NCBI GenBank assembly: GCA_034780895.1 | Contig: JAUZTB010000027.1 | Location: 34,065,109 to 34,129,108, forward strand | Direction: 5' to 3' | Origin: Rhynchobatus australiae | Lineage: Eukaryota | Length of the DNA: 64,000 nt | Shown: in pieces, positions 46,711 to 60,405 of the stretch | Position numbering within the stretch: position 1 is the stretch's first letter | How the letters are laid out: each line of letters opens with the position of its first letter | Position numbers and translations under genes: made by a program | Notes under the pieces: model-generated | Told to the model about the DNA's origin: nothing | What the model saw: only the letters and a program-made list of their open reading frames with translations | Databases searched by the model: none

Positions 46711-49700
46711 GTTGAGACACTAGACACTTGAAGCCTGCAGAGAGGAGAAGGAGGAAGCAGAGAGCTGATATCAATTTGCAAGAGGTAAACTGCACATAAG
46801 TTCTGCTGTAGAGTACTCAGGTTAGGTGTTTGATGTGTCAGGCTACTGAACAAAGCGAACTAGGCTGAAAATATTTGCATTGAGAATCCTTGCAGAATGC
46901 TTGTATTTAATATCAAGAAGCTTTGAGGTGTCCTACATCATCCTGGAAAAGGGCTTCATACTATACCTGGATCACTGCTTTAGACTGAAGTATGTAAAGA
47001 GGCTTAGAAGTTGTCACAGTAACCCAGCATTCTAGAGTATGTGTATCACTAGGATTGCCAAGGCAGTGTTCTGGCATAACAAGGCAGCTGGCAATCCTCA
47101 AAAAGCCGGGCTCTCTCATCCACCACTAAATGTAGATGTTTGCTCTTTGAAACAATCATGGAAAGCAACAAATACTTGTAGAATCAGAGTGACAGCTGGA
47201 AGAAAACATCCAGAGCTGACCTGCAATTTAGTGGTTGGTCCTTTCTAAAGATCTGTTGGAGGCTTCTGTCCACTGCTGAATGTGTGTTCACTTGTGCAGG
47301 AAGAGGAGAAGGTGCTGTTTGGAGGGTTGAGCTCCAAAATGGCAAAGCTGGTATCAAATCAGCACTGGTGACACCATGATCTTTCTATTCTTCATACATC
47401 TGGCAGATGTTCACTGTTTATGCTACATCCCCACCATCTGTCACAATTCACTACAGAAATATGCTTGCATGCCATGGATGCCATTTTGAACTTCTAAGGG
47501 CTCTCACTGCGTATCATCTTATGATTCACCTGGCAGCAAATACAAAGTGGTTTTTCAAGCTTACATAACCTCAAATAAACTTCTGAGTTTCTCCAGAGAA
47601 TACTTGTACATTATGGAATATTGATTAAACTAAAGGGCTTGGTTAGTTTTTGTTGCGCTTCCATGGTTGTAACATTAGCTTGTTTACCACAGTACGATTT
47701 CATTGGTAACAGCAGTCCTTGCTGAGGTTGTTTGCTTGAAGGATAAAATCTATGAGATGTGTAGGGGACTCAATGTACTTCAGCCNNNNNNNNNNNNNNN
47801 NNNNNNNNNTATAGAAACTTCCAAACTATATTGTTATTGGCAGTTTGACATCTTCTCCAGCTGTTTGAAGGGACTGATCAATCAATTGTCTCAGTGGGAT
47901 GCAGTGCTGCATACTGGGATATGGTTTGACTTTGTCTGTGCTCCCATTCAATGAACTACCATATTTTTAGAGGGTGGAATTCTGTCAGGAACGTGGACTC
48001 TGGCAGGTCCCCTGCTGGCCTGGACCTAGAGACTCAGGCTTGTGCTTAACAGATTGGATCTTCTTTGTACAAAGCTTTCCAGATGGCACCGTCTGTTATT
48101 TTATTCATTTCACCGAAATGTGAGCTCACGGTTTAAAATTTTTTTTTCTCAGCATTTGTACTTCAACATTTTCTTCTCTGAATGAATTGACTCCTGGCAT
48201 ATGGTATTCACCTGAAAGAATCCTATAGGATTTCAAAACTGTCATAAGGGATCCTATTAAGTCCCATAAAATACTGCATCAATCTTAGACAATTTACAAT
48301 TTGTCCTAAAGAGTCCCATTGATTTTTCTACCCCAAAAGTTGTGCACAAATTCTTACAGGTTTTTACAGGCTTCCTAATACACAAGACTGTAGATATATT
48401 TATAAGAGTTAAGATCAGAAACAGATTTTACCCTAGAATGACATGTAAATAAAACTATTAAACATGCATAATTTAGCACAGGATGAAAGTAAAAGTGCCA
48501 TTAACAGCCACTCTAATGTACTCAGAAAAGTTATTAAAGTTGTGCTTTTCCCTATTGGATTTGTCAGTGCAAGAACAATATAAAGCTTTGGTGTTGTATA
48601 ATATGGCATTGTATCAATAAATAATTTTCCAGTTTGTACCTGTTGCTGAAGTGTCATGAATAACCCTCATCATCTGCACACTCTACTATTAAGTTTGTCA
48701 CTCCTTAGCTGTTGTATGTTATTCAGAAAAGGATGCTTAGTTACTGCTTACCAATAACTAAAACTAATATGAAAGTCCACATGTAAATGTAGTTTTATAT
48801 ATCTAAAATAAAAGTGAAATGACAAGTGGCACCAGATATAGTTTCATCCTGTTGAAGGTATCAATGCATTTATCATTCACCTACTAATAATGGCTGTGAT
48901 TGGATTGTGAGAAAGAATTTCAAAATGTGACAATTAAGATGCATGGGTAAAAGGATTATGCAATGTGGAGATAAGAGGCAGCAAGCTCATTCTGTTNNNN
49001 NNNNNNNNNNNNNNNNNNNNNNNNNNNNNNNNNNNNNNNNNNNNNNNNNNNNNNNNNNNNNNNNNNNNNNNNNNNNNNNNNNNNNNNNNNNNNNNNNNNN
49101 NNNNNNNNNNNNNNNNNNNNNNNNNNNNNNNNNNNNNNNNNNNNNNNNNNNNNNNNNNNNNNNNNNNNNNNNNNNNNNNNNNNNNNNNNNNNNNNNNNNN
49201 NNNNNNNNNNNNNNNNNNNNNNNNNNNNNNNNNNNNNNNNNNNNNNNNNNNNNNNNNNNNNNNNNNNNNNNNNNNNNNNNNNNNNNNNNNNNNNNNNNNN
49301 NNNNNNNNNNNNNNNNNNNNNNNNNNNNNNNNNNNNNNNNNNNNNNNNNNNNNNNNNNNNNNNNNNNNNNNNNNNNNNNNNNNNNNNNNNNNNNNNNNNN
49401 NNNNNNNNNNNNNNNNNNNNNNNNNNNNNNNNNNNNNNNNNNNNNNNNNNNNNNNNAGTTCAAACTGCTGATGTTTCATCTCTTCCGCACTCAATAAACA
49501 TTTTCTGTCTCTGTTTCTCATAACGTTTTTGATTACTTTTCTCATATACAAGCCAAGGTTTGTGAGGAGTGGGTGAGTGGATTTGTTAGAATACAATATG
49601 CATATTCAGAAAATCAGCCTATACAAACATAATATACAGAGTGGCACAGGTGGAAGGCGCAGAGGAAAGTGAAGAGATCAACCCCAAATCCATGGGGGAA

Positions 49701-52059
49701 TCAGTAACGATGGCAGACAAGGGATGAAATATTTTATCTATCTTGGGAATTGTTGCCTCTCTCAGGTAGTTTTGAAAGCGACCACCAATCTTGTTGAATT
49801 TTACATTTTGTAAATCACATTACTTTGTATTAAAAAGCAAAGTGTGGAATAAAGAAGTAATCTATTATTAATGGTAACCTCTGACTAAGTAAAAAAACAT
49901 AAATAAATGTAAACTTATCACAATTTGAAAGCAGTATGACAGTAATCCATGAGTGTATAAAGGAACTGGAATACAGTGCATTTTCAGAGCAAGTCTCTTA
50001 TGCTTGATAAACATGGTAAAATATGTTGCCAGCAGTATCATGCATTTGAAAGCACAAAGACACTGCATCTTTTTGTTTCTTGTAGGGCAAAATAAGCAGT
50101 GCTGCTTGAAACAAGTCAAAAATTCCATTTTTCTATGATTGCCAGTTCCAGTTCCTTGACTAGCATACTGAATTATTTATTATCAGTGTTCAAATGTACT
50201 ATGTAAGATCTTTTCTAAAGATGGGGGTCATCTTTTCTGACTTCCATATGCAAATACATTTTTAGTTTGTTTAATTATAGGAGTAGAAACAGAAATTCTG
50301 TTAAATCCTTGCTAGATCTACCACATATGAAGCCTGGTTTGAATGAGAATATTCTAATTCATTCACTTTTACCCTATTCAGGTATTGTGTCTATGCATGT
50401 CCCTGGTATTGTTCACACAAATAATGTGACAGCCTCTTGCAGAATGCACTAAACAGCATTTTATGATATCTTAAACTGAGAACCTTATGCAGTCTGTTAG
50501 CTGAAACAATTGCGGGATTGTCGCACATTTCATTTTCATAAATTCTACTTAGGTTTGCTTTTGAGAATGGATAATCTAGAATTTCACTTGCTTAATTTTC
50601 ATGGCATATGGCAAGTTGCACAAAGAATCCAAGATAAAGGACACGTGAACCTCAAGAGATTTATGATGGAAGAAATGCAAAGAGACTGGCCATTCATAAA
50701 AGCATCATTTTTGAAATTATTATTAGATGAGCAGCGACATATCCATCAAACAAGAAAACGCACTGTTAAATTTGACAAAGATCATACCCGCACTTTTTTT
50801 TTACTCCTCCAAGGCAACTTTTCATCAAAATTGATTTGAAAAATATTTCAACAGTTTCATAGCAATATTTTTGCTGGAGATACAAATGCAATANNNNNNN
50901 NNNNNNNNNNNNNNNNNNNNNNNNNNNNNNNNNNNNNNNNNNNNNNNNNNNNNNNNNNNNNNNNNNNNNNNNNNNNNNNNNNNNNNNNNNNNNNNNNNNN
51001 NNNNNNNNNNNNNNNNNNNNNNNNNNNNNNNNNNNNNNNNNNNNNNNNNNNNNNNNNNNNNNNNNNNNNNNNNNNNNNNNNNNNNNNNNNNNNNNNNNNN
51101 NNNNNNNNNNNNNNNNNNNNNNNNNNNNNNNNNNNNNNNNNNNNNNNNNNNNNNNNNNNNNNNNNNNNNNNNNNNNNNNNNNNNNNNNNNNNNNNNNNNN
51201 NNNNNNNNNNNNNNNNNNNNNNNNNNNNNNNNNNNNNNNNNNNNNNNNNNNNNNNNNNNNNNNNNNNNNNNNNNNNNNNNNNNNNNNNNNNNNNNNNNNN
51301 NNNNNNNNNNNNNNNNNNNNNNNNNNNNNNNNNNNNNNNNNNNNNNNNNNNNNNNNNNNNNNNNNNNNNNNNNNNNNNNNNNNNNNNNNNNNNNNNNNNN
51401 NNNNNNNNNNNNATGTTAGACTTTTCTCAGAAGGCAGTGCTGGAAGTATGAGTTGATCAGTTGTGTTATGTTACACTTGCTCATCTCTTTCAGGGGCAAT
51501 TACATATGGCACTGGCAGATGCCTGGCACCAGCTGCCTATTTGCCTATTCAAGAAGGGAATGGTACGTGACAGGAAGGAAAGTTAAAACGTTGACGGTGA
51601 AAAATATAAAGAAGGGAAAAATTATATTTTGCTTCCAATGACTGATTTGCATATATTCACCACATGTTAGTGACTGAGGCAATTCATGTTAAATAATTGT
51701 GTGGCCACATCACTGGCCCTTAGGACCACAGCAAGGCTTGGTAGATTTAGGCCTCATGATTGACTGACATTCACTCATCAAACATCCCCTTGAGGCCTTT
51801 TGCTTATCTCAGGTATATCACCCTGGAAAGGACAATAAAATCGATGTTTCCTTCCTTCAACGTTCCCTGGTGTTTACCACCAAATTTCTTGATGGGTCAC
51901 TAGAAGAAATCTCATGGAATGGTCCTATGGAGATGTTTGTTGGGTGTACAATACTGCTTTCCTACTCCACATTGGATAATATGGAATGTTGGTAAGGAAA
52001 CGAGCACATATTACATTAAAATGTTACCAGTTTTGTCTTCAAATCTGCAAGTTGGAAAA

Positions 52060-52420
52060 TGCCAGTCAGTACTGCTGCCTCACAAGTCCAGGAACCTGAA
52101 TTTGATTCTGACCTCAGGTGCTGTCTGTATGGAGTTTGCACATTCTCTCTGTGACTGTGTGGGTTTCTGCCAGGTACTCTGGTTTCTTCCTCACTCCAGA
52201 GATGAGCTGGTATGTTAGTTGACAATGTAAATTATTCCCTAGTGCAGTTTAATGGCAAAAAGAATCAAAGGGGAATTGATGGGCATGCATGAAGGAGAAT
52301 AAGTTGCAGGGATACAAGGATTTAGGGAGAAAGGGAATGAGACTAATGGGATTACTCTCTGGGGAAACAAACATGGAGCTGATGAACCTAATGGAATGCT
52401 TCCGTGATGCTATAAGAATG
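52060..52420 (+). mobile_element. Older V-SINE copy
   Basis: ctgctgcctcaca...ctgtctgtatggagtttgcacattctc...gtgggtttctgccaggtactctggtttcttcctcac is a decayed head plus V-domain, with a tail different from the 45919 copy. Confidence 0.7.
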
Positions 52421-54294
52421 ACAAGAGTTTTGGCTTGACTATTCTAAAGGATTTNNNNNNNNNNNNNNNNNNNNNNNNNNNNNTGATGTTATAGCAATGC
52501 TCTTCTCTCTATGTTACTCAGGGTTATTTATATTCCAAAACAAACTCAATCAAACCAAATAAAATATATCAGTGTACTTGAAAACAGTTTCTAACTATAT
52601 AATAGTTCTTAGAAACTGGATAATACATGTCCTTAGTATCCACTGAGTAAGATTACCTTGGTCATGCCCACGAGTCACTCATAAGCTTTACAAAAATATC
52701 AACTTAAGTTTGATTAAGAATGTTCCTTAACATAGAGCTGTGAATGACATGCCTTGTCATAGAAGTTATTTCCCTGAATTTAAGTGAGAAAACATATTTG
52801 TGATTTCTTTTGTAAATAAACCAATGAGAGGATTTCAGATTCCTTGGTTGGAGGCTGGGTAGAGTGGGGGTGATAAGGATTTTGGCATATAATTGGCAGT
52901 AGCACATTGGCTGAGCATTAAATATTCCACTTGATTTTCCTTTAATTCAGGCAGTTTAAATGGCTTCCATAATGTACTTTAACTTAGGGTCAGTGCTGCA
53001 AGTCTGGTTCAAGAACTGCCCAATGCACATTCCAAGCTGATNNNNNNNNNNNNNNNNNNNNNNNNNNNNNNNNNNNNNNNNNNNNNNNNNNNNNNNNNNN
53101 NNNNNNNNNNNNNNNNNNNNNNNNNNNNNNNNNNNNNNNNNGTACATCCCTGATGAGATATATCACTTTATCTCAGTAATCATGAGTTACACAGTCACAT
53201 TACATTGATGCCCAAACTCCTTGTAGGAACTAGTTGCATGCTTTGGAATTGTTCTGTTTGCCCACATATTTTGGTTAAAGATCAAGATGAGTAGAATTAA
53301 TGAAATAGGAGGAGCCCTTCACACAGGAAATAGTGCAGCTTATAAGAGTTAGTTCAGTCAGTGGAAATCCATATACTGTTTATCATTTTCTGTAAGCTTT
53401 CCAAGGATTAGTAACCACTGTAAATCAAAATAACAAAAAAATCCACAGAAGTTTACAGATTTTACTGAAATTCACAATTCATTAATAAATTAAAAACAGA
53501 TGTTTTAAGACAGTCTTCCTTTTTAGTTTAATAGAAACTATGTGCAGTAATCATTAGAAATTCTATCCATGCATTCACATTTTAGAGCATTTATTTTGCC
53601 TTGTCAAAAGATCTGCTTTAAAGTCTTAAACACTAAAATGCATCTCTATGCTGCTAAATATAGAATAAGGTTTTTAAAACATCTGTTTAATGGGTTTCTC
53701 TTCCAAAGCCCTCCCTGTCCCTCACAACTGTACCGCTTATTCACACTGCTACTTATCTTCCTGTGCATACTGGGCTATTGTCCACCAGTACCATGCCCAG
53801 GTGCCTGCAGTTCATGTCAGATTATTGAATGTGAGTGCTGGCAAGCTGATCCAGCCACCGTTTTGTATCCGTATGTTTGCACATCCTGTAAGATTTGTTT
53901 CATGGGTGTCAATCCTCTCCTATCCCAATTTGCTGCACAGAACACAAGTGAAGCACACCTGTCACAGACCAGAGATCAAACCAGCACCTTTCTAGTTAGG
54001 AAGGTTCATCTGCTGAGGAGTCATGTAGCCACGGAGACTTAAAGCTTTGGACGTATCTAGACAAGCAAGCCTTAACATGTAAGATGACTAACTGATAAAA
54101 CTTGTAAAGCAAAAATATACATATTCTTTGTTTGAGAAGCAGGAGTGATAATTATGACAGTGAATAAGTAATGTGAGAATTAGAAGTATCAACTGGTATA
54201 TTATAGTTAGATTATTGGTCAGAACTTTGAACTTTGGTAGTGAAGAGCTTGTCAAACTGATTCAAGTTTGGCTGGATCTACCTTTCCAATAAAT

Positions 54295-54490
54295 ACATGG
54301 TGGCCATTGTGTCAAGTTTTTGCCTCCCTGATTTAGGAAGGATGCCAAGGCCAAGGTGAAGATGCAGAAGATATTTAATAAAATGATGCCAGAAATAAAA
54401 GGATTTAGTTATGAGACATTAGTTGTGAGGCAAGGTTCCTTTCACTAAATCAGAGGACATTAGAAGGAGAACAAGTAGATGTTGAATTTT
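54295..54490 (+). mobile_element. Decayed CR1-type LINE ORF2 fragment
   Basis: attgtgtcaagtttttg...tttaggaaggatg...tgcagaagatatttaataaaatgatgccagaaataaaaggatttagttatgag resembles CVQFW..LRKD..VQRRFTRMIP.MKGFSYE. Confidence 0.5.
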
Positions 54491-57111
54491 TTTTAGATGA
54501 TTTAAAAATAACATAGGAAGCTAAATCCAGTAATTGATGCTCCAGCATTATTGTTAAGATCACCACCAAAAAAATCAAGTTTAAAAGAAAACTTCCTATT
54601 TTCCATTATAATACAGTAAATTACCATTTAAATCAAACTATCAAGTGATGTGGAAAACAATTCATTTAAAATATAAGAAAGTCATCCATGTTATAAAATG
54701 CACACATTAATATAATAGGTTTTGACAGCTTGGACACTGCTACTTTGAGCACCGTACTCTGAAGTGGAGTGAATGATCCTTGGNNNNNNNNNNNNNNNNN
54801 NNNNNNNNNNNNNNNNNNNNNNNNNNNNNNNNNNNNNNNNNNNNNNNNNNNNNNNNNNNNNNNNNNNNNNNNNNNNNNNNNNNNNNNNNNNNNNNNNNNA
54901 GCAAGTGATCATCTGCTCTCTATATGCTGCTATAATGTTTCAGTGTACTGCAAAAAATGGCAAATATTTTCTATGGAGAAAGCTGTATGCAGTGCTATGT
55001 TGCGTAATGTAAGTTCCTTTATTTATAAAGTGCCTTTTATTTGTTAGTTTAAATTACTGTCTATCCTTCAGTATTAGAGAGTGAACGAGAGAAGACATGG
55101 AGACAATCTTCCATAATTAGTAAGTATGGGTGTATAAAATGGTAAAAGGTTATTATCCTGCAAATTGTTTTGGTAACAAGAAAAATAACAAGGTAGGACA
55201 AACAAAATAAAAACCCTAATTCATGTATGCTCTTTTACTTGACATTAGGATTATTTTAAGAGAGTCTTTGACGAGTTCAGCCAGGCAATAATAAAATACA
55301 CAACAGTAATTGCAAAATTAGGCATTGAGACTAAAGTGACCTGTAGGTTCTGAGATAAAAACCAATGAAATAGTACAGGATATTAAAGTGATATTCGAAG
55401 ACTGGAATAGTAGTTGCTTTAGCCAATGACAACATTAAGTTCAATCTCCTTGTGATCCCAATGGTTCTCAAAGCTATTCATTAAAATAATACTGGGACTG
55501 GGGCTAGCATGTTACATGTGCTCCAAATGAGAAGTAGCTCAAGGGAGATAGCTTTTATTTCTCTTTTCTTTTCTATGTAGAGCAAGGCCTGTGCTTTCAT
55601 CTGTTATTGCCATCTTAAACCCAAAAATGTATGCTTCCCCCATTAAGCTGAATTGGTTCCTGTGCTTATATGCAGTAGTGGAAGAGTGTCCTCTCTATTT
55701 GATTTTATAAGGTCTCTGGTGATAGGGAAATATACAGAATGATTGATTGGTTCAATGCAATGTTTTGATTTACAACTTAATGTAAATCCCAGTTACATGA
55801 ATATTTTGAAGAAGTAAATATAAATTCATGTCAACATCTTGCTTACTTAACTAGAATGAGTTGAGTTATTTTAATGTCATTTTGGATTCCTAGTTCATCC
55901 AATTTGATACCTTCAGTGAAACACCGTTTTAAGGAGTTTGCAGAAACACAATCCCAATTTACGCAAGGTGCAAATGAAGGACAGAGGATCAGTGGAACTC
56001 TCAGACAATCGGATAAAAGTCATGGTTTGGACAGCAACGCAATTGCAATGTGAAGAAAACAGACTGACGTTGTTCAACTGTATCGTTTTCTTCCTTCCCA
56101 TAGAAGAATCACTGAATCTTTTGTGGGGCAGATACACCAGCGGTTAGCTCAGTACCAGCATTTCAACAGCAATTGGCAGAAGGCATGGGATTCCCTGCTT
56201 TCCCGACTTCTGGGGTTTCTTTTCATGCACATGGTGTGATGACAGATAAAGACATGTGCAAAATCAGTTCTTGAGGAGCGCAGTGTTTGCAGAGATACAG
56301 CTTAACCTTTTGAGTCCCGGATCAGCTTAGCAGTATGCCTGCATGTATCTACACTATGGGTTATTTACTTTCCAAATGTACAACAGATTGGACTCATTTC
56401 TGTTTTAAATCAGCTCCAGCAGTTAAGTTTAAGCAGACTCACATTATCCTTTTTCCTCTAATGTAATTGTTAATTTTAGGTCAATTGCATAAATTTAAAA
56501 TCACAACCAATCAGAGAACTCAATATATTTTGGATTGATTTAACAGGAGGGTTGTAAGTAGATAGACTATTTTAATATAATTTTAATAGGCTTTGAAGGA
56601 AATACGATCAGGATGAAATCATTTTACAGATTCCAACAGGGAATTGTAGTGTGCAGGCTAGACCTTCTATCTGTTCAAATGAACAAACATTGCAAAAAAA
56701 AAAGTTGTTTGTTCACATAACATTCATTTGGAGGAGTTGGCAAGTATTCTGCAAGCATGATTTTGCACTGCAGATGAAGGCTGGATTCTTTTCTGTTTAA
56801 AACTGATTTGTGTGGTATTTTCCAAAAAATTCCACTGAAGTAACACGGTACAATTGTTTTGATGGGTTATTTCAGAGATCTGCTGCAGCCTGTCCAAATC
56901 TGTGTAAATCACCAAAATGAGAAGGGCTGAAATGAGNNNNNNNNNNGCGGTGGCAAGCTCCTTTCTTTCCAAATCTTGTGTAAAAAAATAAATTAGCATA
57001 GTTTATGTGAATATTCAAGTGGCCTTTATCTTGAACTAAAATATTAACAAAAACAAATTTAATCTTTGCTTCCTATTTTTTCACTGTTAGGACAACTTTA
57101 AAATTGTCAAT

Positions 57112-57525
57112 AATGTTGCCTCTGAGCCAATAGACATTGGGTTCAGGTCCAATCCAGGAAATGAATCTGAACTAAATTATTAGAGCAATCTTGAGTAGGT
57201 ACTGTATCATTGGAGGTGTTCTCATTTGGATTAAATGTTAAATGGAGTGTATGACTATCTACTTCAATCCCTTCTAAACAATCCTATAAACATTATTTGG
57301 ATATTTCTTTGTGTCCTTGGCAATGTTTATTCTGACCAGCACCAGTAGAAAGCAGACTAATTGGTCAATCATCTTATTTNNNNNNNNNNATTTGCTGTTT
57401 GTGAGACTTGACTGAGTGTAAATTAGTTGATGCATTTGGCTACCAAATAGTTGCCAGTGCACACAAAAGTAATTGTAGAAGACTTTGTGTATGCTGAGAA
57501 TGTCATCTTTTTAAAATACAGGTCA
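57112..57525 (+). mobile_element. Deu-domain SINE, decayed
   Basis: gcctctgag...tgggttcaggtcc head, then tggaggtg...ggattaaatgttaaa...tgtccttggcaatgtttat...tttgctgtttgtgagac body. Confidence 0.5.
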
Positions 57526-57729
57526 ATTCATTGTTTCCAATAAATACCTCAATTCTGCCCATAATTTATTACTTAAGTTTTTGCTTTGTATATAATTTTA
57601 CATATCCACTGATTGCTGCACACTCTTTGCATACTTCTCTGGAGATGATTTCATAGAAGGAGGATGGGTGCAACAATGCTCTGCCTGCAGGAACTTCAAT
57701 GAGCAGAAAACAATCTTCTGCTCCTTCTC

Positions 57730-58030
57730 TTAGAACATAGAACAATGAAGCACAGGAACAGGCCCTCCGAACCTCGATATTGTGCCAAACTAANNNNNNN
57801 NNNNATTAAATACCTAACTAAACTAATCCCTCTGCCTACACAAGGTTCATATCCTTACATTCTCTGCACATTCAAAAGCCTATCTAAGAGCCTCTTAGAA
57901 GGCTCAATCCTATTTGCCTCTACTGCCACCCCTTGCAGTGCATTCCAGGCACCCACCACTCCCTGTGTGTAAACAAAAATCTTACCCTCTTTCACCTTAA
58001 ATGCATGCTCTCTAGTATTAGACATTCTCC
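57730..58030 (-). mobile_element. CR1 (HER1-like) LINE 3' end
   Basis: agaacatagaaca...cacaggaacaggccct...gcctatctaagagcctctta...gcattccaggcacccaccactc is a typical reverse-oriented CR1 3' end. Confidence 0.75.
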
Positions 58031-58869
58031 TCTCACTTGAATCAATGAGAAGATATGCAATGCCTTGTGTTTTTCAACAAAACTATTTTCCTCTACCATT
58101 TGAAAATATTATTGAAAAGTTGCACGTCTTCTGTTTGGAACTTCTGTACTGTGACTCAATGGTCACTGTACTCCAGTGTAGGACCTGATATGATCTATCC
58201 CTCCTCTGTTTTTCTTCCTATTTTGTGTAACTATTGTAATTTAGGGATTCTTTTTAATCAAGTGAAAGCACATTCTCTATAGATTATTTAATGTTGCATC
58301 CCATTCACAGGTATAGTGTAAAACTGTCAAAAAGAGCATGCAGGAATATACTTTGCAGAAGAACATGACACTATTATCTGTTTGATGACCCGTTATCCAA
58401 CTGATTTGCTCTGTGTGCAGTTTGCACAGGGTTATTTCTGTTCAGGAAAACCTACGTCAGTGTGCTTTACATTGTGAACCAATTGCTAGGTCACTGAGAA
58501 ACATGGAGTGAATTTTATTGCCTCCTTCACTCTCTTTTCCTGATAGGGCATTGCCTGAGTTCCCTCACCATGGATAATATATTGTCTTAGCCCTATAACC
58601 TGTACAACTGTCAATGGAGATTGAAGTCTCCCATTAGTGAAAACAGGAAGTGCTATCAATTGTAGTACTTGTGCACAACAAACTAACATTGTTAGGAAGG
58701 AGAGAAATATTAATTGTCTTACAGATAACATGTTGATGATTGATATTTCTTGATTGGTTCATGGAAAAAAAACACAAAAGGTCAATTAACCAATGAGCAG
58801 CCATTACTGCTAGGCTGAAGGCGGATTTTATATGTTCTTTTTCATCAAGTATCAATGTGTGTCAACTCC

Positions 58870-59645
58870 AATATCACTGCAGGCAGTAGAATCAAATGTT
58901 ACATATGGTCTATTTGGGTCTCATAAAAGCCTTTGACTTTGTCAATCAGAAGAGGATTGCAGAGCATTCTTCTCAATTTTGGCAGTCCACAGAAATTCAT
59001 CTCCATCTTATGTCTTTGAATAATGGCAGGTCAACCAAGATCTTAACCAAAAGATCCACAACAGATTCAACCTCAGTGCAGACCTGTGTCAACAAGGATG
59101 CATCATCACCCCATTTTTTCCAATCGTTTTCACCACAATGCTTGATCCGACTCCAATAACCCTCCTGCTGGAGTGGACCTGATCTGAAGGACAAATGGGA
59201 AGCTGTTCAACCTATGTCACCTCCACTCCAGAACCAAGGTCACTCCAACTCTATTCATCAAACTCCAGTACAGGGCCAATGTTTGCTTGTGTGCACGTTT
59301 GGAGGCTGAGGTCCAAGCTATCATCAACTCATTCCTTGAGAATGGACCTTTCATTTAACATTGCAAATCAAAAGTCCTCTACCAACTGCTCCCAATGTGC
59401 AAAACTCCCTCTGACAATAAAAATCCATGATAAGTGTAGGAAAAGTTGGATCATTTCCCATATTGGAGCAGTGAATCACAGTGAAGAAAGGAATAAAGAT
59501 TATGACTTCAATCAGGCACAAAGCTCATGGTCTACTGGGGATCACTTATCTCAATGCCTCGTAGACATGGACTATACACAAAAAGCACTTCAAGACACTG
59601 AAGAGATATCACCAATCCTGTCTCCAAATGGTCCATTGCTACAGT
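58870..59645 (+). mobile_element. Decayed RTE-clade LINE RT region
   Basis: LHMVYLGLIKAFDFVNQ (like FIDLTKAFDTVN), VQTCVNK (like VKTGVKQG) and TNGKLFNL. Frameshifted. Same family as 1-445. Confidence 0.75.
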
Positions 59646-60159
59646 ACTGAACTTTTGGCTTGAGAATTTGATCATGTCTTCAAGCTCTCAGCAGAATTTG
59701 AAAAAGGTACAGTATAATGAAAGAGATGAGTCCTTCATATATAGTGAGATCTTGTTATACAGGTTCACAACAATAATAAATAATGGGCTCGGTGTAAAAT
59801 GCTGACAGTTTGCTGGCTTCACACTGGCATAAGGCTCTGCATGGAGTCCAGGAATGGAGCACGAACTAGCTGACGTTTCCACCTCTTCTGCCCACCAAAT
59901 CTGTTCCGGTTTTCACCTGGTGCATGATTAGCAAGTCCATTGACTTTGAAAGGAAAAAAAGGGCTTTTACGAAAAGGGAAAACCTAAGGTAATATTTTGC
60001 TTTAGTGTCTTTAATTATTTAAAACTCTATGTATTTTTTTTATTAATAGTTTCTAAATGGGCATTTAGAAAACTAGATAGCTTTTGCCTGACTGGCCTTT
60101 GGGAGCAGCCTTCCCAATTTGCAGAGTCAACTGGACTGAAAACTTTCCCATGTCTTCAT

Positions 60160-60405
60160 CCTGTGCCCAGGTCAATGCTGTATGGTTTATCCAGTTTTGT
60201 TCTGACCATTTCAGAGGCAGTTAAGAGACATATATTAGCAAGGTGAAGTAAGCAGAATTTTCTTTCCTGAAGGGAATTAGTGGACTAGGTAGAATTTTAC
60301 AAGAGTCTGGTAAAGATCATGGCCACGATTTTTTCATCAAATTAAACTAGATGTGGATTCCTCAACAGCAGTAGGGGGGTTTGAACACATGTCTCTGGAT
60401 GTCTC
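60160..60405 (-). mobile_element. Decayed tRNA-derived SINE (family of 2258-2475)
   Basis: ccatttcagaggcagttaagag...ttcctgaagggaattagtggactag...gggtttgaacacatgtctctgga. Confidence 0.45.

Noticed and set aside
53569-54042. 157 aa Cys-rich ORF
   Set aside because: No recognisable domain or regular Cys spacing, and the 3' half looks like a decayed minus-strand SINE.
58896-59650. ORFs of 87 and 151 aa as a possible host gene
   Set aside because: Frameshifted RTE LINE remnants.
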